DNA from: Muribaculaceae bacterium
GTDB lineage: Bacteria; Bacteroidota; Bacteroidia; Bacteroidales; Muribaculaceae
NCBI GenBank assembly: GCA_022511505.1
Contig: JAFLTK010000343.1
Span: forward strand, 1-59,255
Length of the DNA: 59,255 nucleotides
Direction of reading: 5' to 3'
Under the pieces are notes generated by a model, which was given only the letters and a program-made list of their open reading frames with translations, was not told the DNA's origin and ran no database searches. Positions 8,439 to 18,067 of the stretch are shown piece by piece; positions within the stretch are counted from its first letter, which is position 1; the number at the start of each line of letters is the position of its first letter. The position numbers and the translations under genes are program-made.

Positions 8439-9538
8439 TTCTCGGGCTCGGGTGTTAAAGGTTTGTTATCGTTCAGAATCTCAATCTGTTGGCGCACCGA
8501 CTCGTCGTGAATTGCCAGCAGAACGTCGTGCAGAAACTCGGCGCTCATCCCCATCTGGCTACCCATGGCCACGCGCGAGCGGATAATGTCGTTAAAACGG
8601 TTGCTCTGGACCACCGGCATGCTGTGTTCCTTCTTGTAGCGGCCAATCTCGCGGGAGATTTCCATGCGTCGCGACAGGATGTCGAGCAGTTCGTTGTCGA
8701 GGGTGTCGATTTGTCGGCGCAAGGTGGCGAGGCTCTCGGTGGCCTGACGCGCGTCGCGGATGACGAGTGTGTCCAGAATGCACGAAAGCACCTCGGGCGT
8801 CACCTGCTGGCGGGCGTCGCTCCAGGCGTGGTCCGGGTCACAGTGGGTCTCGATAATCAGCCCGTCAAACCCCATGTCGAGGGCTTGCTGGGAGATTGGG
8901 CCGACGAGTTCGCGCATGCCGCCGATGTGGGAAGGGTCGCAGATGATGGGCAGGTTGGGGAGACGCAGACGCAGTTCGACGGGGATGTTCCACTGCGGCT
9001 CATTGCGATACAGGTGGGAGCCATAGACGGTGAAACCGCGGTGGATGGCACCGAGCCGACGGAAACCGGCGTTGTAGAGGCGTTGCAGCGCGCCGACCCA
9101 CAGTTCAATGTCAGCGTTCACCGGGTTTTTGACCAGAATAGGCATGTCGGGCGAGGCAACCTCGGCAAGGGTGTCGGCAATCTCCTGCATGGCAAATGGG
9201 TTGGCCGACGTTCGCGCGCCTACCCAGAGCATGTCGATGCCGGCCTCGACGGCTTCGCGCACGTGGCGGCGGTTGGCTACTTCGGTGGCGGTGTACATGC
9301 CGGTTTCCTCCTTGACGCGTTTGAGCCAGGGTAGGGCAGGGGCGCCGAGCCCTTCAAAGCCGCCCGGCTTGGTGCGGGGCTTCCAGATGCCGGCGCGGAA
9401 AATTTTGATGCCCTTGCAGGCCAACTGGCGCGCGGTGGTCAGCACCTGCTCGGGGGTCTCGGCGCTACACGGGCCGGCGATAATCAGCGGCGAGGCAGGG
9501 TCGATGTCGTCAAATCGTATAGAGATAAGATCGTTCAT
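8435..9538 (-). CDS. bifunctional 3-deoxy-7-phosphoheptulonate synthase / chorismate mutase type II
   Basis: 367 aa. The N-terminal part is a class I-beta DAHP synthase core (IIAGPCSAE...KIFRAGIWKPRT...). The C-terminal ~90 aa is chorismate-mutase-like (LRRQIDTLDNELLDILSRRMEISREIGRYK). Confidence 0.9.
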   Translation of the reverse strand: MNDLISIRFDDIDPASPLIIAGPCSAETPEQVLTTARQLACKGIKIFRAGIWKPRTKPGGFEGLGAPALPWLKRVKEETGMYTATEVANRRHVREAVEAGIDMLWVGARTSANPFAMQEIADTLAEVASPDMPILVKNPVNADIELWVGALQRLYNAGFRRLGAIHRGFTVYGSHLYRNEPQWNIPVELRLRLPNLPIICDPSHIGGMRELVGPISQQALDMGFDGLIIETHCDPDHAWSDARQQVTPEVLSCILDTLVIRDARQATESLATLRRQIDTLDNELLDILSRRMEISREIGRYKKEHSMPVVQSNRFNDIIRSRVAMGSQMGMSAEFLHDVLLAIHDESVRQQIEILNDNKPLTPEPEK

Positions 9539-9545
9539 TTTTCAG

Positions 9546-9666
9546 GGTTGTTGGTGTTGTTGGTGTTGTTGGTGTTGTTAATGTTGTTGGTGTTGTTGAT
9601 GTTGAGGTCAATAAAAACAATAACAACAATGACAACAATAAAAACAATAAAATCACTAAAAACAAT
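9546..9666. repeat. GT-rich/AC-rich degenerate hairpin element (family 1, copy 3)
   Basis: (GGTGTTGTT)n, then gatgttgaggtc, then aataaaaacaataacaacaatgacaacaataaaaacaataaaatcactaaaaacaat. The AC arm runs into the last codons and stop of the aminotransferase gene. The GT arm ends 7 nt from the start of the DAHPS/CM gene. Confidence 0.85.
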
Positions 9667-10849
9667 AGTTCTTGATTCGTTTCAGGGCCTCGGCAAGGCG
9701 CTCCTCGGTGGCGCAGAGCGACAGGCGGATGTAGCCATCGCCGTTTGCCCCAAACACTCCGCCGGGCACAACAAAGACGCCGGCGTTATACAGCAGGTCG
9801 TCGGCCAGGCGGTAGCCGTCGCCGCGCTCGGCCGGAACGCGACCCCAAAGGAACAGGCCCTGCTGGGCCGGGTCAAACGTGCAGCCGATAGCCTGCATAA
9901 TCTGTTCGGCGAGTGCTCGGCGCCGGCGATAGACGGTGTTGAGTTCCATATACCAGTCGCTGTCAAGTTCCAGCGCCTTGACGGCCGCTTCCATGACGGG
10001 TTTGAACTGCCCCGAGTCGATGTTGCTCTTGATTTTGAGAATCCACTCGATAAAGCGGGGGTTGGAGGCCACCATCGCCACGCGCCATCCGGCCATGTTG
10101 TGGCTCTTGGACAGCGAGTTAAGTTCGATGGCAATGTCACACGCACCCTCGACGGCGAGCAGGCTCGTCGGGCGGTCGTTGAGGATAAAACTATAGGGGT
10201 TGTCGTGGGCAATGACGATGTTGTGGCGCCGGCCGAAGTCGACCAGGCGGCGCATCGTCTCGGCGGTTGCCGCGGCGCCGGTGGGCATGTGGGGATAGTT
10301 GACCCACATTAATTTAATGCGGTGCAATGGATATTGCTCCAGAGCGTCAAAGTCGGGTTGCCAGCCGCGCTCCTCGGTCAGTTCATAACTGAATATGTCG
10401 GCGCCGACGATGCGCGACACCGAGCTGTAGGTCGGGTAGCCCGGGTTGGGTATCAGGACGCCGTCGCCGGGGTTGAGAAACGCCAGCGACACGTGCAGTA
10501 TGCCCTCCTTGGAGCCAATCAGCGGGCGGATTTCGGTATCGGGGTCAAGATTGACACCATAATATTTGCGATACCACGCGGCAAAGGCTTGGCGCAGGCG
10601 CGGGATGCCGACGTACGGCTGATAAGAGTGGCTGTCGGGGCGTGAAGCCTCGGCGTTGAGCGTGGCGATGACCTCGGGCGCCGGCGGCAGGTCGGGCCCG
10701 CCGATGCCGAGCGACACGATGTCGCGACCCTCGGCGTTGAGGCGCGCAACCTCGCGCAACTTGCGCGAAAAATAGTATTCTTCGATGTGTTCAACGCGCG
10801 TTGCCGGGCGTATTTCACACTTCATTTCGGCAGGATTCATACTCTCCAA
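9656..10849 (-). CDS. class I/II PLP-dependent aminotransferase (aromatic/aspartate type)
   Basis: 397 aa. Fold-type I motifs are present (NPGYPTY, NYPHMPTGA, ELNSLSKSHNMAGWR with the PLP lysine). It sits inside the aromatic amino-acid operon. The true start may be an internal Met, because the listed start overlaps pheA by 35 nt. Confidence 0.85.
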   Translation of the reverse strand: MESMNPAEMKCEIRPATRVEHIEEYYFSRKLREVARLNAEGRDIVSLGIGGPDLPPAPEVIATLNAEASRPDSHSYQPYVGIPRLRQAFAAWYRKYYGVNLDPDTEIRPLIGSKEGILHVSLAFLNPGDGVLIPNPGYPTYSSVSRIVGADIFSYELTEERGWQPDFDALEQYPLHRIKLMWVNYPHMPTGAAATAETMRRLVDFGRRHNIVIAHDNPYSFILNDRPTSLLAVEGACDIAIELNSLSKSHNMAGWRVAMVASNPRFIEWILKIKSNIDSGQFKPVMEAAVKALELDSDWYMELNTVYRRRRALAEQIMQAIGCTFDPAQQGLFLWGRVPAERGDGYRLADDLLYNAGVFVVPGGVFGANGDGYIRLSLCATEERLAEALKRIKNYCF

Positions 10850-11669
10850 GTATTTTAAAGTCGTTAATCAAGGGGCGCACGGCGTCGAGCGACTGGCGAT
10901 AGCGAACGTAGTCGTCAAACGTCAAATCGACATAAAACCGATACTCCCACTCGCGCCCAAGGATGGGCATCGACTGGATTTTTGATAGATTGATATCATA
11001 GAACGAGAAGATAGTCAGTACTTTAGACAGCGCTCCGCGAGTGTGGGGCAGCGTGAACACAATCGATGCTTTGTCGAGTTTCATCGCCGCCGGCTTCATC
11101 TCGCCGGCAATCAGCGGGTCGGCAACAACGAGAAAACGGGTGAAATTGCGCTTATTGGTTTCTATTCCTTCCTGAAGCACATCGAGTCCATACAGTTCGG
11201 CGGCCAGCGCGCCACAGACGGCCGCATGTCCCCGCCGTCCGGCCAGCGCAATGTCGCGCGCGCTCCCGGCGGTGTCCCACGCCTCGACCATCCTCATGCG
11301 GCCCGCGCGACGCAGGAAGTGCTCACACTGCATCAGCGCCATCGGGTGGGAGTGAACCTCCTCGATATCCTCGATTTGTTGTCCCGGCAGGGCTGCAAGA
11401 ACATGGCTGATGCGCATCTTTTGCTCGCCGACAATCGTCATGTTGCTCTTGCGCAGCAGTTCGTGGTTCTGCAACAGGCTTCCGGCAATAGTGTTTTCTA
11501 TCGCAACGATGCCCGCAACCGACGCGTCGTCCTCCATGCGGTCAAACATCGCCTGAAAAGTTTCACATTCAATTGTTTCAACCTCGTGGCCCCGCGCGCC
11601 AAAGTAGGAGCGCGCCGCCGCGTCGTGAAAACAACCTTCGATACCTTGTATTGTAACCTTATATTTCAA
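10815..11669 (-). CDS. pheA: prephenate dehydratase
   Basis: 284 aa. It has a PDT domain (IQGIEGCFHDAAA...) plus a C-terminal ACT-like region (SIVFTLPHTRGALSKVLTIFS). It is the first gene of the operon. Confidence 0.85.
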   Translation of the reverse strand: MKYKVTIQGIEGCFHDAAARSYFGARGHEVETIECETFQAMFDRMEDDASVAGIVAIENTIAGSLLQNHELLRKSNMTIVGEQKMRISHVLAALPGQQIEDIEEVHSHPMALMQCEHFLRRAGRMRMVEAWDTAGSARDIALAGRRGHAAVCGALAAELYGLDVLQEGIETNKRNFTRFLVVADPLIAGEMKPAAMKLDKASIVFTLPHTRGALSKVLTIFSFYDINLSKIQSMPILGREWEYRFYVDLTFDDYVRYRQSLDAVRPLINDFKILGEYESCRNEV

Positions 11670-11688
11670 TTTCTTGCAAATTTTTGCG

Positions 11689-11696
11689 CAAAGTTA
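11689..11696 (-). promoter_or_regulatory. candidate Bacteroides -7 promoter box (TAACTTTG) for the pheA operon
   Basis: Matches the published Bacteroides -7 consensus TAnnTTTG on the minus strand, 20 nt upstream of the pheA ATG. Confidence 0.35.
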
Positions 11697-11779
11697 ATAT
11701 TTTTATATGATATAGTGGCGATTTGCTTGCATAATTTAACAAAGCAAACCCCGCCGTCGCCGCCCTGTTGTCGGCAAAT

Positions 11780-11815
11780 GCAAAGGAGGGCGGCATCGAC
11801 GCCGTCCTCCTTTGC
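11780..11815 (-). terminator. hairpin downstream of thiL
   Basis: gcaaaggagggcggc / gccgtcctcctttgc form 15-nt arms with one mismatch and a 6-nt loop. It lies about 30 nt past the thiL stop. No clear U-tract follows. Confidence 0.35.
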
Positions 11816-11845
11816 TATGTGGGGTATCATTTGGAGTTGGTGGTG

Positions 11846-12904
11846 TTATTGGGCGAGGTGGTTGAAGCCTTGGGCGCGGAGGGGGATTTCGTTGCCGTCG
11901 GCGGTGATGAGGGCACAGCCGAGCTCCTCGCGGGTGATGTGGCCGATTACTTTGATGCCGGGCATTTTGCTGACGGCGTCGTGGCAGTGGAGGGGGACGG
12001 TGAACAGCAGTTCGTAGTCCTCGCCGCCGTTGAGGGCCGCGGTCAGCAGGTTCATGTTGAGTTCCTCGGCCATGACGGCTGTCTGATAGTCGATGGGGAT
12101 GCGGTCTTCGTAGACGCGGCAGCCGACTTTGCTGTCGTGGCAGATGTGGAGCAGTTCTGACGAGAGGCCGTCGCTGACGTCCATCATTGCCGTCGGTTTA
12201 ATGCCGGCAGCGGCGAGTTGCTCGACGATGTCGCGGCGTGCCTCGGGCTTGAGCTGGCGCTCGATGAGGTATTCCTTTCCGGCAAACTTGGGCATGAAGT
12301 CTTTCTGCCCGGCCGAGGCAACTTTCTCTCGTTCAAGCAATTGGAGTCCCATATAGGCGGCGCCGAGGTCGCCTGACACACAAATGAGGTCGGTGTCGCG
12401 GGCGCCGTCGCGATAAACCACGTTGTCGCGCGGGGCGTCGCCTACACAGGTGATTGAGATGACCAAACCCTGGCGCGAGGCGGTGGTGTCGCCGCCAACG
12501 ATGTCTACGCCATAAATCTGGCAGGCGAGGCGCATGCCGACATAAAGTTCCTCGATGTGCTCAACGGTGAAGCGCTTGGAGATGCCGAGCGAGACCGTTA
12601 TCTGGCGCGGCCGGCCGTTCATCGCATAGATGTCGCTGAAGTTGACAACGGCGGCTTTGTAGCCGAGATGACGCAACGGGACATAGGTCAGGTCAAAATG
12701 CACACCTTCAAGAAGCAGGTCGGTCGAGACGAGGACGTCAGTGTCAGGATAGGAAAGGACGGCGGCATCATCGCCCACCGAGCGGAGCGTCGAGGCGTTG
12801 ACCGTGGTCAGTTCTTTGGTCAGACGGTCGATGAGGCCAAACTCGCCGAGGGTGGATATTTCGGTAGAACTCATGGGCGCGGAGCTGTTATCAGATGCGG
12901 GCAA
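11846..12904 (-). CDS. thiL: thiamine-monophosphate kinase
   Basis: 352 aa. ThiL/AIR-synthase-like motifs: GEFGLIDRL, GDDAAVL, DLLLEGVHF, GGDTT. Confidence 0.85.
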   Translation of the reverse strand: MPASDNSSAPMSSTEISTLGEFGLIDRLTKELTTVNASTLRSVGDDAAVLSYPDTDVLVSTDLLLEGVHFDLTYVPLRHLGYKAAVVNFSDIYAMNGRPRQITVSLGISKRFTVEHIEELYVGMRLACQIYGVDIVGGDTTASRQGLVISITCVGDAPRDNVVYRDGARDTDLICVSGDLGAAYMGLQLLEREKVASAGQKDFMPKFAGKEYLIERQLKPEARRDIVEQLAAAGIKPTAMMDVSDGLSSELLHICHDSKVGCRVYEDRIPIDYQTAVMAEELNMNLLTAALNGGEDYELLFTVPLHCHDAVSKMPGIKVIGHITREELGCALITADGNEIPLRAQGFNHLAQ

Positions 12905-13703
12905 CGAGTTCTTTCATCAGCGCGAGTGTCTTGGGCTGGGCAACGAGGGCGGCCTGCTGAACTTCCTCGTGGGTAGGCACTTGGGTTACATCCTTGCCGC
13001 CGAGGTCGGTGATGACTGAAAGACCGAATACCTTCATGCCGGCGTGGTTGGCAACGATAACCTCGGGAACGGTCGACATGCCGACGGCGTCGCCGCCAAT
13101 GATGCGATAGAACTCATATTCGGCGGGTGTCTCAAACGTCGGGCCGGTCACGCCGACATATACGCCGTGGACAACCGGAATGTTTTTCTCGCGGGCAATC
13201 TCGCCGGCGAGCGCGATATAGCGCTTGTCGTAGGCTTCGGTCATGGCGGGGAAGCGGGTGCCGAGTTCGTTGTAGTTCTTGCCGCGCAGGGGATGCTCGG
13301 GGAAGAGGTTGATATGGTCGGTGATAATCATGACGTCGCCAACGTTGAACTCCTTGTTCATGCCGCCCGAGGCGTTGGAGACAAAGAGCGTCTCGACGCC
13401 GAGCGCTTTCATGACGCGCACGGGGAATGTAACTTGCTTCATGTCATAGCCTTCGTAGTAGTGGAAACGGCCCTGCATTGCCATCACGCGCTTGCCGCCA
13501 AGGGTGCCGAAGATGAGGTTGCCCGAGTGGCCTTCGACGGTCGAGATGGGGAAGTTGGGGATGTCGGCGTAGGGGATGAACGTCTTGTCGTCGATATAGT
13601 CGACAAGGGCGCCGAGGCCGGTGCCAAGGATGATACCAATGTGGGGTATATCGGTAACTTTGCTACGCAAGAAGTCTGCGGTCTGATTAATTTTTTCCAA
13701 CAT
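12891..13703 (-). CDS. purine nucleoside phosphorylase (PNP/MTAP family)
   Basis: 270 aa. Motifs: IGIILGTGLG, MQGRFHYYEGY, GPTFETPAE, VGMSTVPEVIVA. Confidence 0.85.
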   Translation of the reverse strand: MLEKINQTADFLRSKVTDIPHIGIILGTGLGALVDYIDDKTFIPYADIPNFPISTVEGHSGNLIFGTLGGKRVMAMQGRFHYYEGYDMKQVTFPVRVMKALGVETLFVSNASGGMNKEFNVGDVMIITDHINLFPEHPLRGKNYNELGTRFPAMTEAYDKRYIALAGEIAREKNIPVVHGVYVGVTGPTFETPAEYEFYRIIGGDAVGMSTVPEVIVANHAGMKVFGLSVITDLGGKDVTQVPTHEEVQQAALVAQPKTLALMKELVARI

Positions 13704-13791
13704 GGTTATTGTGTATTAGGATTTAATTGTTTCAAATTTATATGCTTTTACCATCAACTTTAACCTTTGAAAACATGTTGAAGTTGAGATA

Positions 13792-14943
13792 TTATGAATT
13801 CTGGCTTGCGGCGGGATTGCCGATGGTTTTGCTGTTTTTGACAATCATTTTCTGTAACTCGCTGTCAAAGACATCGTTGGCGGTCTCGGCGCTACCGCGG
13901 GTGTTGCCCGTGGGGTCGATAAATTCCACCGAGATGGGGATATAGAAGATGAACGGCTTCAGCGAGTGGGGAAAGTAGGGGTTGTTGGAGAGGCGAACGG
14001 CGTCTTTCTCGGTCGTGACGATAAACTTGCGGTTGCCCTTCATGTCGTTGAACTTCTTGACGATATCCTCCATGTCGCTCGGCGTGTAGTTGTGGTGGTC
14101 GTTATATCGCTTCACCTTGACGCGGGTTTTGAACTTGCGGATGTGGAGCACAAACGGGCGCGGATTGCCCACTCCGGTCAATATCAGGATGGAATCGTCG
14201 GGCGTCAACCAGTCGAGATAGGGGATGCTGGTAACATGCTCGGGGAAGACCGACACCAGATGGCCGTAGGTATAGGTCGAGAAAAACAGTTTCTGGTAGG
14301 GAAAAAGGTTGAGATTCTCGGTAAACACGCGATAGTCAAGCGGTTTTATATCCTCGGGGCACTTGGTGATAACAACCATGCTCGCGCGGTTGAGGGCCGA
14401 CATCGGCTCGCGCAATCGCCCGTAGGGCAACAATTTGTCATAGTATGGCGGCCGCGAGCACTCGCTCAACACTATCGATACCGATGGGTTGACATAGCGG
14501 TGCTGGAATGCGTCGTCGAGCAGTATCATGTTTATGTTGGGGTTGATTGCCCGCATCTCGCGGATGCCGACTACGCGCTTTTCACAGACGGCCACCGTCA
14601 CCGAGTCGCCATACTTCTGGAAAATCTGATAAGGTTCGTCGCCAATATCCTCGGGACGCGAGCGGTGGGTAGCAAGCACAAAACCCTTGGTGCGGCGTTT
14701 GTAGCCGCGCGACAACACGCCTATCTTATACTTGTCGCGCAAGGCCTCGATGATATATTCCACATGGGGCGTCTTGCCCGAGCCGCCCATCGTCAGATTG
14801 CCGACAACAACTACCGGGATGTCAAACGATGTCTGCTTCAGCAACCCCATGTCAAACATGCGGTTGCGAATTGCTATCACCAATCCGTAAATCTTAGAGA
14901 TTGGCAGCAATACCAACTTGGCAAACAGCGAGTTGCGTTTCAT
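13792..14943 (-). CDS. lpxK: tetraacyldisaccharide 4'-kinase
   Basis: 383 aa. P-loop VVVVGNLTMGGSGKTP, followed by VLSRGYKR, typical of LpxK. Confidence 0.85.
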   Translation of the reverse strand: MKRNSLFAKLVLLPISKIYGLVIAIRNRMFDMGLLKQTSFDIPVVVVGNLTMGGSGKTPHVEYIIEALRDKYKIGVLSRGYKRRTKGFVLATHRSRPEDIGDEPYQIFQKYGDSVTVAVCEKRVVGIREMRAINPNINMILLDDAFQHRYVNPSVSIVLSECSRPPYYDKLLPYGRLREPMSALNRASMVVITKCPEDIKPLDYRVFTENLNLFPYQKLFFSTYTYGHLVSVFPEHVTSIPYLDWLTPDDSILILTGVGNPRPFVLHIRKFKTRVKVKRYNDHHNYTPSDMEDIVKKFNDMKGNRKFIVTTEKDAVRLSNNPYFPHSLKPFIFYIPISVEFIDPTGNTRGSAETANDVFDSELQKMIVKNSKTIGNPAASQNS

Positions 14944-14973
14944 ATTCCCGGTGTGTTGGTTGGCCCGACGGCG

Positions 14974-16764
14974 TTATTGAATGATTACATAGTCCATGCG
15001 ACACTGCAGCGGGCTGAGACGGCCGAGCGACTCGATAGAGTTGTAGAGCGGCAATGCCGACGGGAAGCGGGTGGCGATGGCGCGCTCGCTCAATTGAGAG
15101 TCAAGGTCGAGAATCTGCTCCCACCATTTACGGTCAATGTCGGGGTATACCTTGATTTTATAGCCGGTTGTGATGAGTTCCGATGCCATACCCTCGAGGG
15201 CGGCGTTGAGGTCGCCGAGTTCGTCGACAAGACCAATCTCAAATGCCGATTTACCGTCCCACACACGGCCCTCGGCAATCGCTTTAACCGAGTCGACGCT
15301 CAGGCCGCGTCCTTCGGCCACGCGCGACGTGAACAGTTCATAGCCGTTATCGACATAGCGCTGCATAGCCTGGCGCTGGCGTGGAGTCATGTTCTTGAAG
15401 AGCGTTGGTTGCTCGCCCATGGGATTGGTCGAGACGGTGCCGGTGTGGATGCCGATTTTGTCGTTGATGAGCCCCTGGGCGCTGGGGATGATGCCAAAGA
15501 TGCCGATTGAGCCGGTCAGCGTCAACGGGTCGGCATAAATTTTGTCGGCGCCACACGAGATATAGTAGCCTCCCGAAGCGGCATAGTCGCCCATAGAGAC
15601 AAAGAACGGCTTGCCGGTCTTTTCCTTGAAATAGCGAAGGGCGTCCCATATCTGCTCTGAGGCGTAGGCGCTACCTCCACCCGAGTTAACGCGCAGGATA
15701 AGGCCGTCGATATCTTCATCGTCGGCAATGTCGAGGATTATCGGGACGAGGCGCTGAGAGGCTATTCCACCCTTGTCGCTCTCGGTAATGTCGCCAACGG
15801 CATAGACCAATGCGATGGTCTCTCCGCCGCTGTCGCCAAAGCGATCGTTGTCAAAATTACCGCTATATTCAATCAGGTCAACATAGTTGGGCGCGCTGCG
15901 GTCAAAGAGCCCCCTCTCAGACTTGTTGCCGGCCATCACGTTGAGTAGCGCGTCAACCTCGCGCTCATAGACGAGACGGTCAACAAGCCCCATTTCGACC
16001 AGCTCGGTTGCCGGGAGGAATGCCGGCAGCGAATCGGCAGCGGCGTTGACTTTCTCGGCAGTGAGGTCGCGTGCGGCTGCAATTTTGTGGGTCAAGTGTG
16101 ACCAGATGTTGCCCAGATAAACCTCCTGCTGGAGACGCGATGCGTCGCTCATGCCACTGAGCATAAACGGCTCGACGGCGCTCTTGTAGGTGCCAACCTT
16201 GACAACCTGCGCCTCGACACCAATTTTGTCGAGCAAATCCTTGAAATACAGAGTAGTGGCCTGCAGGCCGTGGAGATCGACGGCGCCATTAGGGTTGAGG
16301 AAGATCGAGTCGGCCAGCGACGCGATGATATAATCTGTCTGTAGGTAGTTGTCAGAGTAGGCGGCAATCCATTTGCCCGACTCCTTGAAGCGCATCAGCG
16401 CGTTGGTGATGGCATCGACCTGAGCCAGCCCGGCATCGATTCCATAGCACTTCAGATAAAGGCCGGCTATATGGTCGTCGGTCGACGCGTGGTCAAGAGC
16501 GCATATCAAAGACTCGAGCGATATCGTTTCCTCGCCCTGACCGGTCAACTCCTTGAACACGTCACGCGACTCGTCACGGTCAACAACAGTGCCACTGAGG
16601 TTGAGAACCAACACCGTGCGGTCCTCGACCTTAACCTTGCTGTCGCTTGCCGCATGCTTGGCAATCACAATTGCCGCAACAAAAATTATCCCGACAGCCA
16701 TTATCAGTACCGACATCCATATCGCAGCCATGGATGCGAGGAAACTTCTGAAAAAACTTTTCAT
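14974..16764 (-). CDS. sppA: signal peptide peptidase SppA, 67K type
   Basis: 596 aa. An N-terminal TM helix is followed by two ClpP/crotonase-like halves. The second half carries GDYAASGGYYISC (the catalytic Ser region). Confidence 0.85.
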   Translation of the reverse strand: MKSFFRSFLASMAAIWMSVLIMAVGIIFVAAIVIAKHAASDSKVKVEDRTVLVLNLSGTVVDRDESRDVFKELTGQGEETISLESLICALDHASTDDHIAGLYLKCYGIDAGLAQVDAITNALMRFKESGKWIAAYSDNYLQTDYIIASLADSIFLNPNGAVDLHGLQATTLYFKDLLDKIGVEAQVVKVGTYKSAVEPFMLSGMSDASRLQQEVYLGNIWSHLTHKIAAARDLTAEKVNAAADSLPAFLPATELVEMGLVDRLVYEREVDALLNVMAGNKSERGLFDRSAPNYVDLIEYSGNFDNDRFGDSGGETIALVYAVGDITESDKGGIASQRLVPIILDIADDEDIDGLILRVNSGGGSAYASEQIWDALRYFKEKTGKPFFVSMGDYAASGGYYISCGADKIYADPLTLTGSIGIFGIIPSAQGLINDKIGIHTGTVSTNPMGEQPTLFKNMTPRQRQAMQRYVDNGYELFTSRVAEGRGLSVDSVKAIAEGRVWDGKSAFEIGLVDELGDLNAALEGMASELITTGYKIKVYPDIDRKWWEQILDLDSQLSERAIATRFPSALPLYNSIESLGRLSPLQCRMDYVIIQ

Positions 16765-16840
16765 GACAATAAATAATTGATTTAGTTCACGTTAGGTCGC
16801 GCGGCGACAATTATATCGCCACTCTGCTCCTAATCAAATG

Positions 16841-16848
16841 CAAAAATA
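16841..16848 (-). promoter_or_regulatory. candidate -7 box (TATTTTTG) for sppA
   Basis: TAnnTTTG match on the minus strand, 77 nt upstream of the sppA ATG. Confidence 0.3.
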
Positions 16849-16962
16849 ACAAAAACTTATCAACCATGCAAAAGTTTTTTCAAATTGACAATGAGGAATG
16901 TGTCTCACGGGATACACCTGATAGAATTTTGGTAATCTCGTTGATATTTCACACTTTATATG

Positions 16963-16970
16963 TATATTTG
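16963..16970 (+). promoter_or_regulatory. candidate -7 box (TATATTTG) for the island membrane protein
   Basis: TAnnTTTG match 32 nt upstream of the ATG at 17003. Confidence 0.35.
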
Positions 16971-17002
16971 CAAAATAGTACTAATCAGCCTAAACCAATC
17001 AC

Positions 17003-17974
17003 ATGAAAATTTCTATACGAGTTATATGTATTCTCGTTCTAAGCATTATTGCTCTGACCGGGGCTATCCGGTCATATTCTGTCACAGTTTCATCATCTGA
17101 AGTCACCGCGGCGGAAATCTCTGATGCCGGGATAACGTCCTCTTATAATGACGATGCTGCTTCTTTTGAGAAACAAGTTTCAGACACAGGGAAGGACCAA
17201 CTTAAATTTTCTGAAAAGTTGGGATTGTGGGTCAATAATAATGTGATATTTCTTTTGATCCTCCTTTTTTTAAGCGCCGGAGTTTGGCTTTTTTTCTTTA
17301 AAAAGTTTGTTTCGGCCAATGCAAATATCATAATGCTTGGAGTTTCCACCCTGCTTTTTAATCTTTGCGCCATGCTTCTCACTTATGCCGCGCTACAGCT
17401 TGATGCCTTGTCATTTAAATATGTAGGCAAATGCCTTCTGCTCATCCCGTTGATACTTTGCTCGGTAGGAAGCGTTTGGGGAATTTCCACATTTTGGTGC
17501 GAGCTATTTGGTATTAATGAATCCAAAGGGCTGTTGTTCATAAAGATTATAATTGGAGGCGGTATTTTATGCGGAGTTATTGCAGTCATAGAAATGCTCA
17601 TTGAGGGAGGGTTAGGACGAACATCCCTCAACATGACCTTTACATCGATTTATCTCTCAATCTATGCTTTGGTAATGATAGGGATAGGCATATACTATGC
17701 GATAGCCGGGGCCAAGGGTGGCCACCCGCGATTTGCAATCTTTGGAGGATTTGTTACCGCGCTCAGTTCAATTTTTATGGGACTTTCCATTATGCTGTTC
17801 TGCATTTATATATTGTTCTTTGTCCTTATATCTATAATCGTTATTTTATTTTTTGGTATTAAAAGAGGCGGCGATACAATCTATATTGTTGACCAATACG
17901 GCAACAAAATTTACGGCCGATTTGTAAACAACAACGTGTTCAAGTCAGTGGGAGGCAAAATATATCGTTTCTAA
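17003..17974 (+). CDS. multi-pass membrane protein of unknown function (AT-rich island)
   Basis: 323 aa. It has a signal/anchor helix, a ~60-aa hydrophilic segment, then about 7 hydrophobic helices. The basic/aromatic tail is ...IYIVDQYGNKIYGRFVNNNVFKSVGGKIYRF. I recognise no family. Confidence 0.6.
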   Translation: MKISIRVICILVLSIIALTGAIRSYSVTVSSSEVTAAEISDAGITSSYNDDAASFEKQVSDTGKDQLKFSEKLGLWVNNNVIFLLILLFLSAGVWLFFFKKFVSANANIIMLGVSTLLFNLCAMLLTYAALQLDALSFKYVGKCLLLIPLILCSVGSVWGISTFWCELFGINESKGLLFIKIIIGGGILCGVIAVIEMLIEGGLGRTSLNMTFTSIYLSIYALVMIGIGIYYAIAGAKGGHPRFAIFGGFVTALSSIFMGLSIMLFCIYILFFVLISIIVILFFGIKRGGDTIYIVDQYGNKIYGRFVNNNVFKSVGGKIYRF

Positions 17975-18067
17975 CGCAGCGGAGAAGTCAAATGACCATC
18001 GCCGTTTGGATTATTTCCGCCCAATAACGAAGGAGAGCGACGCCTGTCAGCATCGCCCTCCCCGTTG

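Noticed and set aside
7498-9666. Possible CRISPR array or minisatellite, suggested by the repeated GTTGTTGATG units
   Set aside because: There is no repeat-spacer periodicity and there are no cas genes. The units are short degenerate oligomers forming two complementary arms, not 25-40-nt repeats separated by unique spacers.
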